Assembly: GCA_951406725.2 (NCBI GenBank)
Contig: OX597834.1
Coordinates: 1,860,001 to 1,924,000, forward strand
Reading direction: 5' to 3'
From: Octopus vulgaris
Taxonomy: Eukaryota
Length of the DNA: 64,000 bases
This document shows positions 12,370-26,147 of this stretch, piece after piece. Below the pieces are notes generated by a model. That model was not told the DNA's origin, made no database searches, and saw only the letters and a program-made list of their open reading frames with translations. The position numbers and the translations under genes were made by a program. The number at the start of each line of letters is the position of its first letter. Position 1 is the stretch's first letter.

Positions 12370-12905
12370 GTGTATGTGTGTGTGTGTGTGTGTGTGTATA
12401 GTGTATGTGTGTGCGTGCGTGTATCAATGTATATATTGGGAGCCGCTTATTGTGATCATTTCAGACGAAACCGTCTACATAAAAATAGCCGAATGACATC
12501 AGGATGTAGCAAATATTCTGAGCGTGTTTGCCAATTACTAATTGTGATACCAGTAATCGTTTAGCAAAGTTTACCGTGATTATAATAAGCGGCTTTCGAT
12601 GTATATACATACGCAAGAGAAGAGTATTTGATACAAAATGTAGCGTTAATAATAAAAATGATGATGATGATGATGATGACGATAAAAAATCTCTATTTCT
12701 TCTTATCACAATCATCATCATCATCATCATTATTTCTTTATTTGCAACAATGGCGATGGAAATGGAGACATTACAACGCTTCCTTTATTCACAACCAAGA
12801 GTTCACAAAAACATAGGACTCAGTAGAGGACAATACAATGCGAAGGTTACATAAAGAAGGGTGTAATAAGTAAAAAAAAAAAAAGGGATTTCTAACAATG
12901 AATGA

Positions 12906-12964
<59 letters not shown>

Positions 12965-13107
12965 AGTATCAACACCAATAAATAAAAACTGAATCGTGGG
13001 GAAAAGCGGAAATGCGAAACTCGGAGTAGCAACTAATCTTTTAGTTTAAAAGGAAGGGGGGAATTCGAGATATCGACAGACTGACAGACAGACACTTAGA
13101 TAGACAA

Positions 13108-13317
<210 letters not shown>

Positions 13318-13769
13318 AAACAAGCAAACTGACAGGCAGGCAGACAGACAGACTGATAAGATAGATGGATAAATTATATTTAGCTGACATATAAACACAC
13401 ACAATTATACGTATCTAAGTGTACATACTACACACATTAGACACACACACACACACACATACACACAAACACACAAACACAAACACACACACAAACCATG
13501 TCTGTTTTGAAGAAAACGAAATGTTATAATGAAGAAGGGAGAAGGATTGTAGTTTTTGATATTAAAAATATTGTATATCGTGGTTTTAGCACAAAATAAG
13601 GAAGTATGATTAAGAGATTTAATAATAATAATACGTGATGTTCAGGAAGAAAGCGATAGAGGGCGAACAGGCTCAGAAAATGTGTGGTCTTATGTACAAG
13701 CTAACATGGCTGCGAGGTACCAGATGATGAAGCAATGTTCACATAACTTCGCCAATTGTATGGGAGGTG

Positions 13770-14320
13770 CCTGGAGGTGGTTTGTACGCTTGCTAGAAAT
13801 AGCAGCGAAATTTACTTCGTATCATGTCTTTTTGTCTCAAATAAGGAAAGAACATTTTAGATAATGTTGGTGGAGTATATAACCTAAAACAAGTCGGGAT
13901 GGTCACGTTTGGAATACTTTTATGCTTTTGATTTCAAGGATCGTTCTGCTTTGACCTAGGGCTAAACAGCAGCAACAAACTGGGAGCCTTAATATGGCCG
14001 CTGGACTTACAAGAAAGAGTAGCTAAAAGCATCCCTTCTTCAAGATGGTTACGGTTGGAATACCCTTGATTCACAAGGTCTGCTCGTTCAGCCTTGTCCT
14101 AGGGTTAAACAACAACAACAAACAGCTCTTTTAGAGATGGTCGCAGGACTTGCTAGAAATAGCAGCTAAAAATTCCCTCTTGTCTTAAAAAGTAATGAAT
14201 TGAATAATATTGTACGAAATAAACTGTCTGAATAACTGATGTGATGGCCATGGCTGGGACGTCTTTGATTATAGGTTTGCTCCTAAAGAGCTGGCCTGGT
14301 GCTGAACAAGCAGAATAGTT
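13770..14320 (+). mobile_element. Three adjacent decayed copies of SINE-like family C
   Basis: GCTAGAAATAGCAGC head ... GGATGGTCA..GGAAT..TTTGAT ... GACCTAGGGCTAAACA(ACA)n tail, repeated three times. Confidence 0.7.
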
Positions 14321-16185
14321 TAAGTGGCTTTAAACATCGAATAATGACGTACGAAATACACTGATTAATGAGTGTGATGGTCATATCTGGAACGTCTTCC
14401 TAAGAAAATTAAGCATTTATAAATATTAAGTATTTTATCATGATCCCATTTTTAGAAATATTAAACCGACCCAAAACTTTATTTGCCCAAATTAAATCCA
14501 AGGCTAGTTTGAGCTCGATGGGATTTGAACTCCGAACGTGAAGGCTCGTAACTAAATACCGCAATGCATTTTATCCGACGCTCTACCGTTTCTCTGTATC
14601 TCCTACTTGATAGATTAAACAAATTATCAGTTTAGCTTCGCTTATAGATTTAATTTCTGTGCGGGTGTGTAACTGACGGAAGATTTTTACACAAAGCAGA
14701 GGGAAGGAAATTGGTGTTCCATAAATTCCAAATTTACAAAGCTTTCCATTCGTATTTTGGATTCGTTCTAGAAATATATCCCCTGTTTATTTAAATCTTT
14801 TGTCCCTTCTTCAACTCCCTCATTGTTAGATTTTTATTAGGATGGGGTCGTCTTCGATCTTATTCGGTTTGTATTCGTTCGTATCTCATGTCCATGGCTC
14901 GTCCACATTCTAACTACATTCTACTTTTATTTAGCGCTTCGTTGTGTTAATATTTCTTATATTTTGAGGATGGCTAGTAATTAAAATAAGATTTTTTTAA
15001 TATTGCTTTGACGTCGATATTTATTCCTTAAAATATCATATCCATTTGTTTTACACCGGTCCCCCAATCCCGCCCGCCAATATTTTTTTCCTGAACCGCT
15101 GTCAATGCGGTCTACAAAACCTTGTCTTCCGTAGTAAAATCCTTAGCCGTATGTTTCTTCATACCCAATGAGGTGGAGACCCAAACCTCTACTCTACCAA
15201 CGGATGTCTGCCTATCTACCTGGCAGATATATCCAAGTGAAAGTTTCATTGTGTTGTTCCTCATGTCTTTCAGAAAAATTGATATAGTTTTCATGAATTC
15301 TCTTTTTCAAATACTTTGCGTATAGTGTAGATTCCGATTATATCGGAATTTAATGTGAAAAAAAAAAAAACAATTGCTGGACGCGCACACATTACATAAT
15401 GACACAAATCACATATTTTTTTTTCAAAATTTCCAACTTTTTTTGTAGATATGTGAAGAGTGTCAGTCAGTATATGTGTGCGCCCACTAATGTTTTTGTG
15501 TCTTTTTTTAACATTAAATTCCTATATAATTTACACCATCTGAAAAGCATTTGTAAAAAAGTTCACTAAAAATATGCATTTTTCTGAAAGTTGTGAGGAA
15601 ACAAAGTCGGTGGGGCATAGTTGTGTAGGTATGACAATCTTTGTATCATCATAGCTGCTGTAGCTGGTCCCTAAAGACGTAAATCCATAAACCTCTGCTC
15701 TACCAGGAACGTACTCCGATCTAAGTATGAGATTATCCATGCAAAGGTTTTTTTTTTCTCGAAATATAAACTCGCCAGAAATTAAAACTATTCCTCATTC
15801 TCAAATTATTTCTCATTCCCCTAAAATTCAAGACTGTTGATGTCTTCTTTTACGGGTCCAACACAAGACTAACGTATTCCACGTTGAGGTAACAAATGGT
15901 TTTATATATCAAGATCTTACAATTTTCGTTACAGATATTTCGAGGTGAACGGAAATAAAATCACAAGGACAAAAAAATCACTTTTTTTTTTTTAACAATG
16001 CTTCATAAAAATCGCCCCTGGGTCCTACACACAAACTTGGGTCTGCATTACATGCTTTGATGCATTAAAAACAATTTTTTCCAGGATACGCGCTGCTGAA
16101 ATTGGGGTCCATTTAGTATACCTGTGCATATTTTGTATCACCAAATACGGTATATAATGAGATTTAATTCTCTCCTAATTACAAA

Positions 16186-16560
16186 GTCAGTTCAAATCCC
16201 GCCAGGGTCGACTCTACTCTTCATCCTTTTGAGATCGATAAAATATGTAGCAGTTGTGCACTGAGATCGATAGAAACGAGTTATCCCCTTCCCCCAAAAT
16301 TGTGCCTAAAACAGAAACGATTCTTAATCAACCCAATTAAGGTGGTGAACCGGCAGAAGCGTCAACACGCCGGACAAAATGCTTAGCGGCATTTTCGTCC
16401 GTCTTTATGTTCTCAGTTCAGATTCCGCCGAGGTTGACTTTGCTTTTCATCCTTCCGGGGTCGATGAAATAAGTACCAGTTACACATTGGGGTCGATGTA
16501 ATCGACTAAACTCCCTTCCCAAAGTCTCAGGCCTTGTGCTCTTAGTAGAAAAGATTATTA
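16186..16560 (+). mobile_element. Two SINE family A copies (one partial, one full)
   Basis: GTTCAAATCCCGCC..GTCGAC and AAGGTGGTGAACCGGCAGAA..AGTAGAAAAGATTATT. Confidence 0.85.
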
Positions 16561-16644
16561 TTTCTATTTCAAGTTTAACTTGGAAAGGAAAGTGAGGGTG
16601 GAGAGGGGAGTGTTGCCTTGTATCAAATTTGTTGAAAGGTGGGG

Positions 16645-16895
16645 AAATGGCCAGTGTGAAAGGACCCATTTTGAGCATGCGCCTGTGAAAAATAAAAGAA
16701 GGGCTCTTGCCCTGTTGACCAGGCACCTGTGACTTTTCCACAGGTAGCCTTAAAGAGCCTCCCCTTATTGGGAATTTTTATTTGCTCAATTTTGTTATAT
16801 ATTTTTTTTTTACACGCTCTAAAACCCTTTATATCGTCCTGTTTTGTCATTTCATGTTGTTTTTATGTAAGCCCTTGTGGCCAATAAAAGAATTT
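16645..16895 (+). mobile_element. 3' end of an L1/Tx1-type LINE
   Basis: Ends GCCCTTGTGGCCAATAAAAGAA like the ORF-bearing copy at 33926-35058; its start is also repeated at 48730-48840. Confidence 0.7.
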
Positions 16896-17511
16896 ATTAC
16901 TATTATTGTCAAAATATTTGCCTTTCACCGCTTCTGCCCCTGTCACATTGTGCGTATCTAGATATTCATTTTAACACTTGTTTCCAAAATAGGTCCAAGG
17001 CCTGTGATTTTAGAGGCAGAGAGTAAAGTCGATTCCACAGATACCAATATTTCACTGGTTTTTGATTTTATTGACCTCCAGGGATATAAAATGCAATGTT
17101 GTCTGCTGCGAGGTTTGAACTTAGAACGTAAAATGCCGGAAGAAACACCGCATAACATATTGTACGACACACTACGTTTTATTTCTAATTTTATATTAAA
17201 TCATCTTAGAATGAGAAATAATTTTAATTTCAGATGTTAGGGGATTTAGATTTCGGGATGAGAAAAGTTTTACTTTTTTTATACAAAAACTTCATGGTTT
17301 TGATGATATTTGAAAAACGATCTAAAATTATTGAAAATTTCCGACCAAAAAAAATCCACACAGATATACATAGATGAGAGCGAGAGAGAGAGGGGGGGAG
17401 ACTAACAGACAGAGAGAGAGAAACAGAAAGAAAGGGAGAGAGAGAGTGAGAGAGAGAAAGAGAGAGAGAGAGAGCGGGGGAGAGGAGAGAGAGAATGGGG
17501 GAGGGAAGGAA

Positions 17512-17545
<34 letters not shown>

Positions 17546-17553
17546 GATGGATG

Positions 17554-17635
<82 letters not shown>

Positions 17636-17857
17636 CACACAAATGGATAGAAAGATAGATAGATAGATGCAAGCCTTTTAAAAACGCATATTGCCAAACA
17701 GTTGATGTTATAAAAATTAGTCCCAAACATGCTCGGGACATTGTTACATCCTCGGCTTCACAATATTCTAATCCGGTTATTGTTATCTAAAGGAACCCTG
17801 GCCGAAGTGATCACACTGAACTATTTGCAGTACACACATACATATACACACATACGC

Positions 17858-17914
<57 letters not shown>

Positions 17915-17922
<8 letters not shown>

Positions 17923-18177
17923 ATGTTACATTACTCGGTAGTCAAGATAAAACTCTGAGTTTCAGATGCCGAAGTGGAAATCCACAACACCATCTCTTCG
18001 GTTATCTGGCTATCAGCCAGATAACCGAAGAGATGGTGTTGTGGATTTCCACTTCGGCATCTGAAACTCAGAGTTTTATCTTGACTACCGAGTAATGTAA
18101 CATATTGTATAGATAAATTTCCTCTATTTACATAATATTGAGGTCTCTTTCTTTCTTTTGTTATCTTACCGTTTCAT

Positions 18178-18180
<3 letters not shown>
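17915..18180. mobile_element. Fold-back element in (TA)n: perfect 97 bp palindrome arms with a 3-nt loop, carrying a hammerhead fold (Penelope-like pLTR derivative)
   Basis: 17915-18011 is the exact reverse complement of 18015-18111; an unpaired ~70 bp extension runs to 18180; (TA)n on both sides. Confidence 0.85.
18019..18081 (+). ncRNA. Type I hammerhead ribozyme-like motif with variant core (mirror copy on - strand at 17945-18007)
   Basis: Stem I AGATAA/TTATCT; core CCGAAGA; stem II GATG..CATC with inner GTGG/CCAC hairpin; T-GAA; stem III ACT/AGT with CAG loop; GTT at the cleavage triplet. Confidence 0.65.
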
Positions 18181-18220
<40 letters not shown>

Positions 18221-18481
18221 CCCCAGCATGGCCACAGCTCAAGAGCTGAAACTGGAAAACATAAAAACATAAACAATAATACAAATAAGAAAATGGAGGA
18301 ACAGATTCAATTCAATCATCGACTTACAGATATTACCAATTCATATTATTTATTAACTACATAAATAGGAACATCCAAATCCAACAAAACAAAACAATAT
18401 ACATCAATATGTAAGATAATAATACCATAAGAATTATATATACATACATATACATATATATACATATATACATATATACAT

Positions 18482-18838
<357 letters not shown>

Positions 18839-18908
18839 CATATATATATACATACATACATATATATATACATATATATATATACATACATACATATATA
18901 TATATATA

Positions 18909-19100
18909 AGAAAACACAAAAAAAACACAACAACGCGAGGACGTGGAACAAATGAAGTATTATTGGACGCTCAGGAAAGAAGGGAAGAAGGAGGGTTTAA
19001 CGTTTCGAGCGGAGCTCTTCGTCGGAAACATAGGAGAAGGGAAGATCCCGAGAAGGGAAGACAGAGGGAAAAAAAACCGCCAGTGGTACTCACGAGGTCG
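18909..19100 (-). mobile_element. Penelope-like pLTR fragment adjoining (TA)n
   Basis: Contains a minimal hammerhead motif; CpG-rich; bounded by a TA repeat and a SINE head. Confidence 0.6.
18995..19029 (-). ncRNA. Minimal type I hammerhead ribozyme motif (Penelope type)
   Basis: Minus strand GTTT CCGACGA A GAGC-TCC-GCTC GAA ACGT T AAAC: stem I GTTT/AAAC, stem II GAGC/GCTC, palindromic loopless stem III ACGT. Confidence 0.72.
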
Positions 19101-19104
19101 TATA

Positions 19105-19254
19105 TGGGTGTGTGGTAAGTATCTTGCTTACCAACCACATGGCTGCGGGTTCGGTCCCACTGCGTGGCCCCTTGGGCAAGTGTCTTCTGCTATAGCCTCG
19201 GGCCGACCAGAGCCTTGTGAGTGGATTTAGTAGACAGAAACTGAAAGATGCCCG

Positions 19255-19290
<36 letters not shown>
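19105..19290 (+). mobile_element. SINE family B head plus (GT)n
   Basis: GTGTGGTAAG..GGTTCGGTCCCACTGCGTGG..CTTGGGCAAGTGTCTT..GAAACTGAAAGA. Confidence 0.85.
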
Positions 19291-19816
19291 CTACCCGTGA
19301 CCCTGGAAAGTCTGAGTTTCCCACCAACAGAGTTTTGTTTCGTGGGTTTTTTTCTTTTCCAGGTTATTTCACATGCTTTCAACGAATGTAACCTCGAAAT
19401 CATGCGTCAACGGCTCCTTTTCCCAGAAAAGGTAAGATTTGGCTGCTATTTCTTGCACGCCCTGCTACCACGTAACAGATATTTCTACTACGTGGTAGTA
19501 GGATATGCAAGAAGTAGCAGTCAAATCTTTGGAGCTGAGATACGTTGAAAGAGTTTTTGTAATGGTATTCCGTTGGGGCGATTTTTCGCTTTGACTCTCA
19601 AAACTCTCATCCAGATCAGCTGGTTTTGTTCGTTAATTACTGTAAAAAAGATTTCATCTATTTACTTTTGATATAAAGTGAAAGAGAGGAGAAAATGAAA
19701 GATTATGAAGGTGTATATGAAATGGACGTGTGTGTGCGTGTTTGTGTGTGAGAGAGAGAGGGAGGGAGAGAGCCACTTATACATACGAAAGAATACACAC
19801 GCTCACTCACTCACTC

Positions 19817-19877
<61 letters not shown>

Positions 19878-19971
19878 TGCACACGTACATACAAAAAAGA
19901 TGTACGCATATATATTGATGTATGTATGTATACACGACAACACATCCCTTCGCTCACTCTCTCTCTCTCTC

Positions 19972-20015
<44 letters not shown>

Positions 20016-20650
20016 TTCATATACACGTACATATAACTTTCACCTTCTCTATTTCACTTCAAAACAAAAGTAAATAAATAAAAATTTCTTATGGAAATTT
20101 ACGAACTCCGGATGACAAGTGAAAGATTGCCATTCCCTTGAAAATAATTTTTAAAAAAACATTAAAATATTGTCTGTTTAAAGAAAGCTAAAATATGAAA
20201 ATACTTACTGTACAAGCAACTTACATTTTTGAATCACATTTAGTTAAAAATATTTCTAAATGATTAAAATATTGTGTACGTCAAAAAGACGACGTTTTTT
20301 TTTCTTTTTCTTAGAGAACGCCAAGACTATGTGTGTGTATATATCACAGATAGCGGACGTGTGTTTGTGTTGAATGACACGCCATGGTCGTCATTAAATG
20401 TGAGTGTATTATGTATGTCTGTATGTGTGTTGTCGTCACGGTAACCATTTTTTTTCGTCAAAAAGCTACAAACAAAAATTGTGTCTAATCGTTTTCATTA
20501 ATAAATGGAGGTCCAAATATCACAAAAATTTGTACTGCACTGCCCAAGGTAAGTATGAAGATAAATACGCAAAAAAAGTAGGATAAAATATACTATTTCT
20601 AAGATATTTCACCGTAAACAAATTTAAAAGATGTGTGTGTGTGTAACTTT

Positions 20651-20959
20651 AAAAATTTGGAGTCAACAAGGAATACGGTTGGACATTTATTTTCAATCAC
20701 TACCATTGTAGTTTGCCAACGGTCCTTCAGTAACAGCATACTTTATGAGAAACTCAGATAAGATGTTATTGAAGCCGAAGATTTTAAACTTACGGAGGCA
20801 ATTCTTTCATATCGCCCGAAGAAATACAAGTAGATCGCATAAGGCAGGGAAACGGTTGTATAAACAAACACCTGCACGCCAGGTGAACTACGGAGAAGCA
20901 ATTGCAGCGATTCAAAAATAAATGTCCAATCGTACTCCGCCTTGTTGACTCCAATTTTT
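20651..20959. repeat. Imperfect ~48 bp inverted repeat enclosing about 210 bp (MITE or fold-back element)
   Basis: GGAGTCAACAAGG..TACG.TTGGACATTTATTTT at 20659 and its reverse complement at 20909-20952. Confidence 0.7.
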
Positions 20960-21106
20960 TCAGGTATCTATTCACACACGACAGAAGCCCAACCGCAAGC
21001 CTGGAAGCACATATAATACTAGTACTGGACAGCAAAGGGGGAAATCTGAAGGTGGACGAAATATATTCTGTACTCTACTACGCTCTTAACAGAATATACC
21101 ATAACA

Positions 21107-21140
<34 letters not shown>

Positions 21141-21258
21141 ATAAGTAATAATTAAGATTCAGTTTAATTAGGTACTTAAGTTGAGGTACCAAGTCAGTCC
21201 TGTATTATCCGCGCAGATCGAAGTAAGGTGAATTAAACTAAAAAAAAGTAACAGGATG

Positions 21259-21309
<51 letters not shown>

Positions 21310-21465
21310 TGCGTGTGTGTGTGTGTGTGTAACCATTTGGACTTTGGGTATATGTCGATTAAAGCATGCTCACCGTTTGAACTACTCGCTGTCATCTACA
21401 GTTACGATATAAAATATCAATGGATCTGCGTCAGGAAATCTGCACAGTTAGCTGGGTAGTTATTG

Positions 21466-21640
<175 letters not shown>

Positions 21641-22008
21641 TATAAGAGAGTGGTCACTATATGGCTCACTCTAGCACCAGTTAATCCAAAAGGCTTCACT
21701 TGGTGTTGAATAGATATGCTATTAAATTAGTATCTAATTCTCTCACCCTTATTAATTAATTAATATATATATATATTCATATATATATAACATATATATA
21801 TATTATATATATATAAAACATATTATACACACACACACATAGATATGATATAAAATGATAAACATATATATACACATATATATATCTTTATCTTTTATTT
21901 GCTGCTGTCATTGGACTGTGGCCATGCTGGGGCACCACCTTGAAGGGTTTGGTCGAACGAATTTTTCATTTTTTAGCTTGTTACTTATTCTATCGGTCGC
22001 TTTTGCCT

Positions 22009-22055
<47 letters not shown>

Positions 22056-22542
22056 CATAAATACACACACACATGTATATATATATAAATACACATCCAC
22101 ACGCAGATGTGTGCACGTGCGCATGCGTATACATGCATGCATGTATGTATGTATGTATGTATGTATGTATGTATGTATGTATGTATGTATGTATCCAGGG
22201 TTTCCGAATGCCTCGAGGGGCCTGGATCAGTTCCTGGTTGATATTTCCTCTCTCCAGTGAGGCCCTGGACAAAGGATTTTTTCCTTCTTTTTTCTCTTCT
22301 CTCTCTCTTTTTTTCTTTTTTCCTCCCAAAGGAAAAGCCAAGTGTCCCATGATGCAACTCTCCTCCTCTTCCTCTTCCTCCTCCGAGATTATCTTCCTCT
22401 TCACGCCACAACGTCGGCCGCTTTAAACTGTCGCTTTATGCTATCAGGTCACGTTGACATTTGTCACCGATGGCGGTTGTGTATGTATATCTACACACAC
22501 ATACACAAATATATATATATACATATACATATACATATACAT

Positions 22543-22617
<75 letters not shown>

Positions 22618-22938
22618 TACATATATATACACACACAAACACATAATTGTATATAAAGAGCTACAGGGGAAAGGGGAGATAGATAAAAAGAGAGGAGGAG
22701 GGAGGAGGGAGGAGGGAAGAGGAGTCGTATGTACAGATGAATGGGCGATAAACTGATATATAGTTCGTATGTGTGTGTACGCACGAGAGTGTGTATAACT
22801 AGTTTGCTAAGTGCCAACGCACGAAACCCTCGGACCTTGAGTCACTCTGTAACTGCTGCTAAATATGAATAAAAATATATACATATACTCATATTTTGAG
22901 TCTATTTTTCCTATTTGCATCAACATACGTCTGTATAT

Positions 22939-23004
<66 letters not shown>

Positions 23005-23046
23005 ATGTATATATAGATAGATAAAGGGTGATAAATATATATATAT

Positions 23047-23099
<53 letters not shown>

Positions 23100-23112
23100 C
23101 AGAGAGACAGAC

Positions 23113-23207
<95 letters not shown>

Positions 23208-23231
23208 AATGGATAGATGTGTATGTATGTA

Positions 23232-23803
23232 CAGTAATGCCTCGATTTACGAGTTAATTTGTTCCCGGAACCGCTCATAAAGCGAAAAATTGTAAAGCAG
23301 AGCATTAATTTCCCTTAGTAGCAATGTTATAAATCGTAATTCGTTCCCAGAAAAACATTTTACTTATAAAATTTATAATACTTGTAAAGAAATGGCAATA
23401 AAACAACAGTAGAATGTAAAGCATATTTTATTTAAAGTAAAAGGAATGTCAAGATCATTGCTAATGAAAATATTATTAATTATAATCGTTTTCTGAATCA
23501 CTTTCACTCGCACTAGTCTCGCACACACCATCACTTGTAGACGCGATCGCCGATTCACAAGCACTCGTAGACGGACTTATAGATTTCTTTTTAAAAAATA
23601 AGTCTAGAGTTGTTTGCTTAGAAGGATTTTTGCGCTCTTTATAAATTTTGTAACACGCAGAAGTATTTGTTATGGTTGTAGAAACTTTTGTACTTCGTTT
23701 AAAATTTGAATCTTGTACTTGAACCGTTTTATATTTACCATAAAATAAAACTCGTAAACCCAGGGTCTCCTAAAGCGGGTCCTCGTAAAATGAGGTATTA
23801 CTG
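23232..23803. mobile_element. Tigger/pogo-type MITE
   Basis: TIRs CAGTAATGCCTCGATTTACGAG and CTCGTAAAATGAGGTATTACTG, TA duplication at both ends, no ORF. Confidence 0.9.
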
Positions 23804-23861
23804 TATATACATGTGAAATAGATAAACAGACAGACAAATAGACGGACAGACAGATAGATAT

Positions 23862-24324
23862 GTTTCTTTATTAGCCACACAGGGCTCACACAGACGGGAC
23901 AGATTACAAAGTAGAGCTTTTCTTTATGGGGAGATAAGAAGAAAAAAAAGGTGGGGTAGGTTATCGATCAAAAGGGATCGTAAAAGGGAAAGAAAAAAAA
24001 AGGAAAGAAAGGAAAAGAAAGAAAAGGAAAAAAACGATCAATAGGGATCGTGAATCACAGAAATGTTATGATGTAAAGGGTAAAGGGGGAAGAAAAGCCT
24101 ACGGAAAAGATCACGGTAACCTCGGTCAATAACGTCACCTGTTAACACATTTGTTTGCAAGTAGGTAACCCTCTGTTTTAAGTTTTTCCGGGTTCATAGG
24201 ATTATGCTCAAGGTGGCTTCATCATTCATACGTGCCATTCATGTTACATTCTTCCATATTTTTTTTAAACATTCGCTAGACAAAACTTGCCTCTCTACTC
24301 TCACTTTCCTTTTCAAGTGATACT

Positions 24325-24325
<1 letters not shown>
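23862..24325 (-). mobile_element. 3' fragment of an L1/Tx1-type LINE (second subfamily) inside (GATA/GACA)n
   Basis: Encodes [16 protein letters not shown], as in the 34.3 kb copy; ends GCCCTGTGTGGCTAATAAAGAAA. Confidence 0.8.
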
Positions 24326-24391
<66 letters not shown>

Positions 24392-24428
24392 GTAGGTAGG
24401 TAGGTAGGTAGGTAGGTAGGTAGATAGG

Positions 24429-24525
<97 letters not shown>

Positions 24526-25095
24526 CTGTTTCATAAAATGTTCTAAATAATATACGCAAACAGTAACTGATGTCTCCTTCAGATCTATCCAGAACAATAA
24601 ATATGTAAAGACTGATGCAAAATTTTACTTGTTTATATCGAGAGAAAAAAAACCCCAAAACTATTTGAATGATATCGTTGATTGCCATTCAACTTATTGT
24701 TATATCGTTGTTTCTTTAAAGAATATTCTATATTCGAATGTGTTTCATAAATAGTATTTATCTTTATTACATACTCGATATTTCTGAGCGAATGTTAAAA
24801 GGTTTTTATTTCTTGTTGTACGTTTGTTAATGTTACATGGTCGCCATTTGCAAAAGTTTGGATGGGAAATGTTATTTTATAAATAGATACGTTGAAATTT
24901 TCTTGAAAAATATACGTCTTTTTTTTTTGTTTAGATTTGACCGGTACGACAACCCGATTCAATAAATTCAACGTTTATTACGCAAGATTCACAAACTTCA
25001 GTAAATTTGTATGTTTTCGGTAAAGACAAATTGTAAGATTTCAAGGTAGTTATTACTTTGGTGAAATTTCGAATACATATGCACACACATGCATA

Positions 25096-25131
<36 letters not shown>

Positions 25132-25363
25132 TGTATGTATGTATGTATGTATGTATGTATGTATGTATGTATGTGTGTATGTATGTGTGTATGTATGTAT
25201 GTATGTATGTATGTATGTATATACATGCTTATAGATACACACACCCATATAAAACAAACACAGATATGTGTTTGTGTGCGTGTGCGCGCGCGCGTGTGTG
25301 TGTGCGTGTGTATTTCGTGTCATCAAAAAACTCATCTCACCCCCTCAATTACAATACACACAT

Positions 25364-25408
<45 letters not shown>

Positions 25409-26113
25409 TATGTTCTAAGCTCAACCCAAACTCTACATAAATGCATGAAATGGTGTCCATCCACCAATAGCAAATACATAAATTTATACGTATGTAAATG
25501 TGTGTGTGTGTGTGGAGAGAGAGTGTGTGCGTGTGTGTGTGTGTGTGTGTATGCGTGTGTGTGTGTGCGCGCGTGCGCCTTTTCCCTTTTGTGATGCATC
25601 TGTCGATCCGTGGTGAAAAAATGAAAATATTATTTCCTATTTAAAATATGAAAATTTGCAAGCCATATGAAATGCGTTCTTGAATTTTAACGAACCATTT
25701 GTACACCCCTCCCCAGCCACTCTTGGTTTATTGTTCGACATTCAGCTAATTGGCTGAATTTCATTTTCTTGAGAAAAACTGTTCGCTATGCAAATTGTTT
25801 ATTTAGTGTTGCGTTCCTAAATGCACTTCCAGCACTAATACGCGTGTGTTAATCCGTTCGTTGTTTGATGTTCAAATTTCGATTCGCTAAGCGAATGAAC
25901 ACTCGGTCACTTACACGAGTGTTTAATCCGTTTGTTCGTTGATCAAATGTCATCCTGCTATGAAGGTCTAATTTTCTTCTCAAAAACCGTTCGTTATTCA
26001 ATTTATTTAAAAGAACTGTTCGTATATGCGTTCCCCACTGTGTGTCCGTGCGTATATGTGTCTGTATGTGTATGTGTTTGTTTTATATCAAGTTATATAT
26101 ATATAAACAATTT

Positions 26114-26147
<34 letters not shown>

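Noticed and set aside
25850-25950. Small hairpins as a possible miRNA precursor
   Set aside because: Stems are only 7-8 bp and no conserved mature miRNA sequence was recognised
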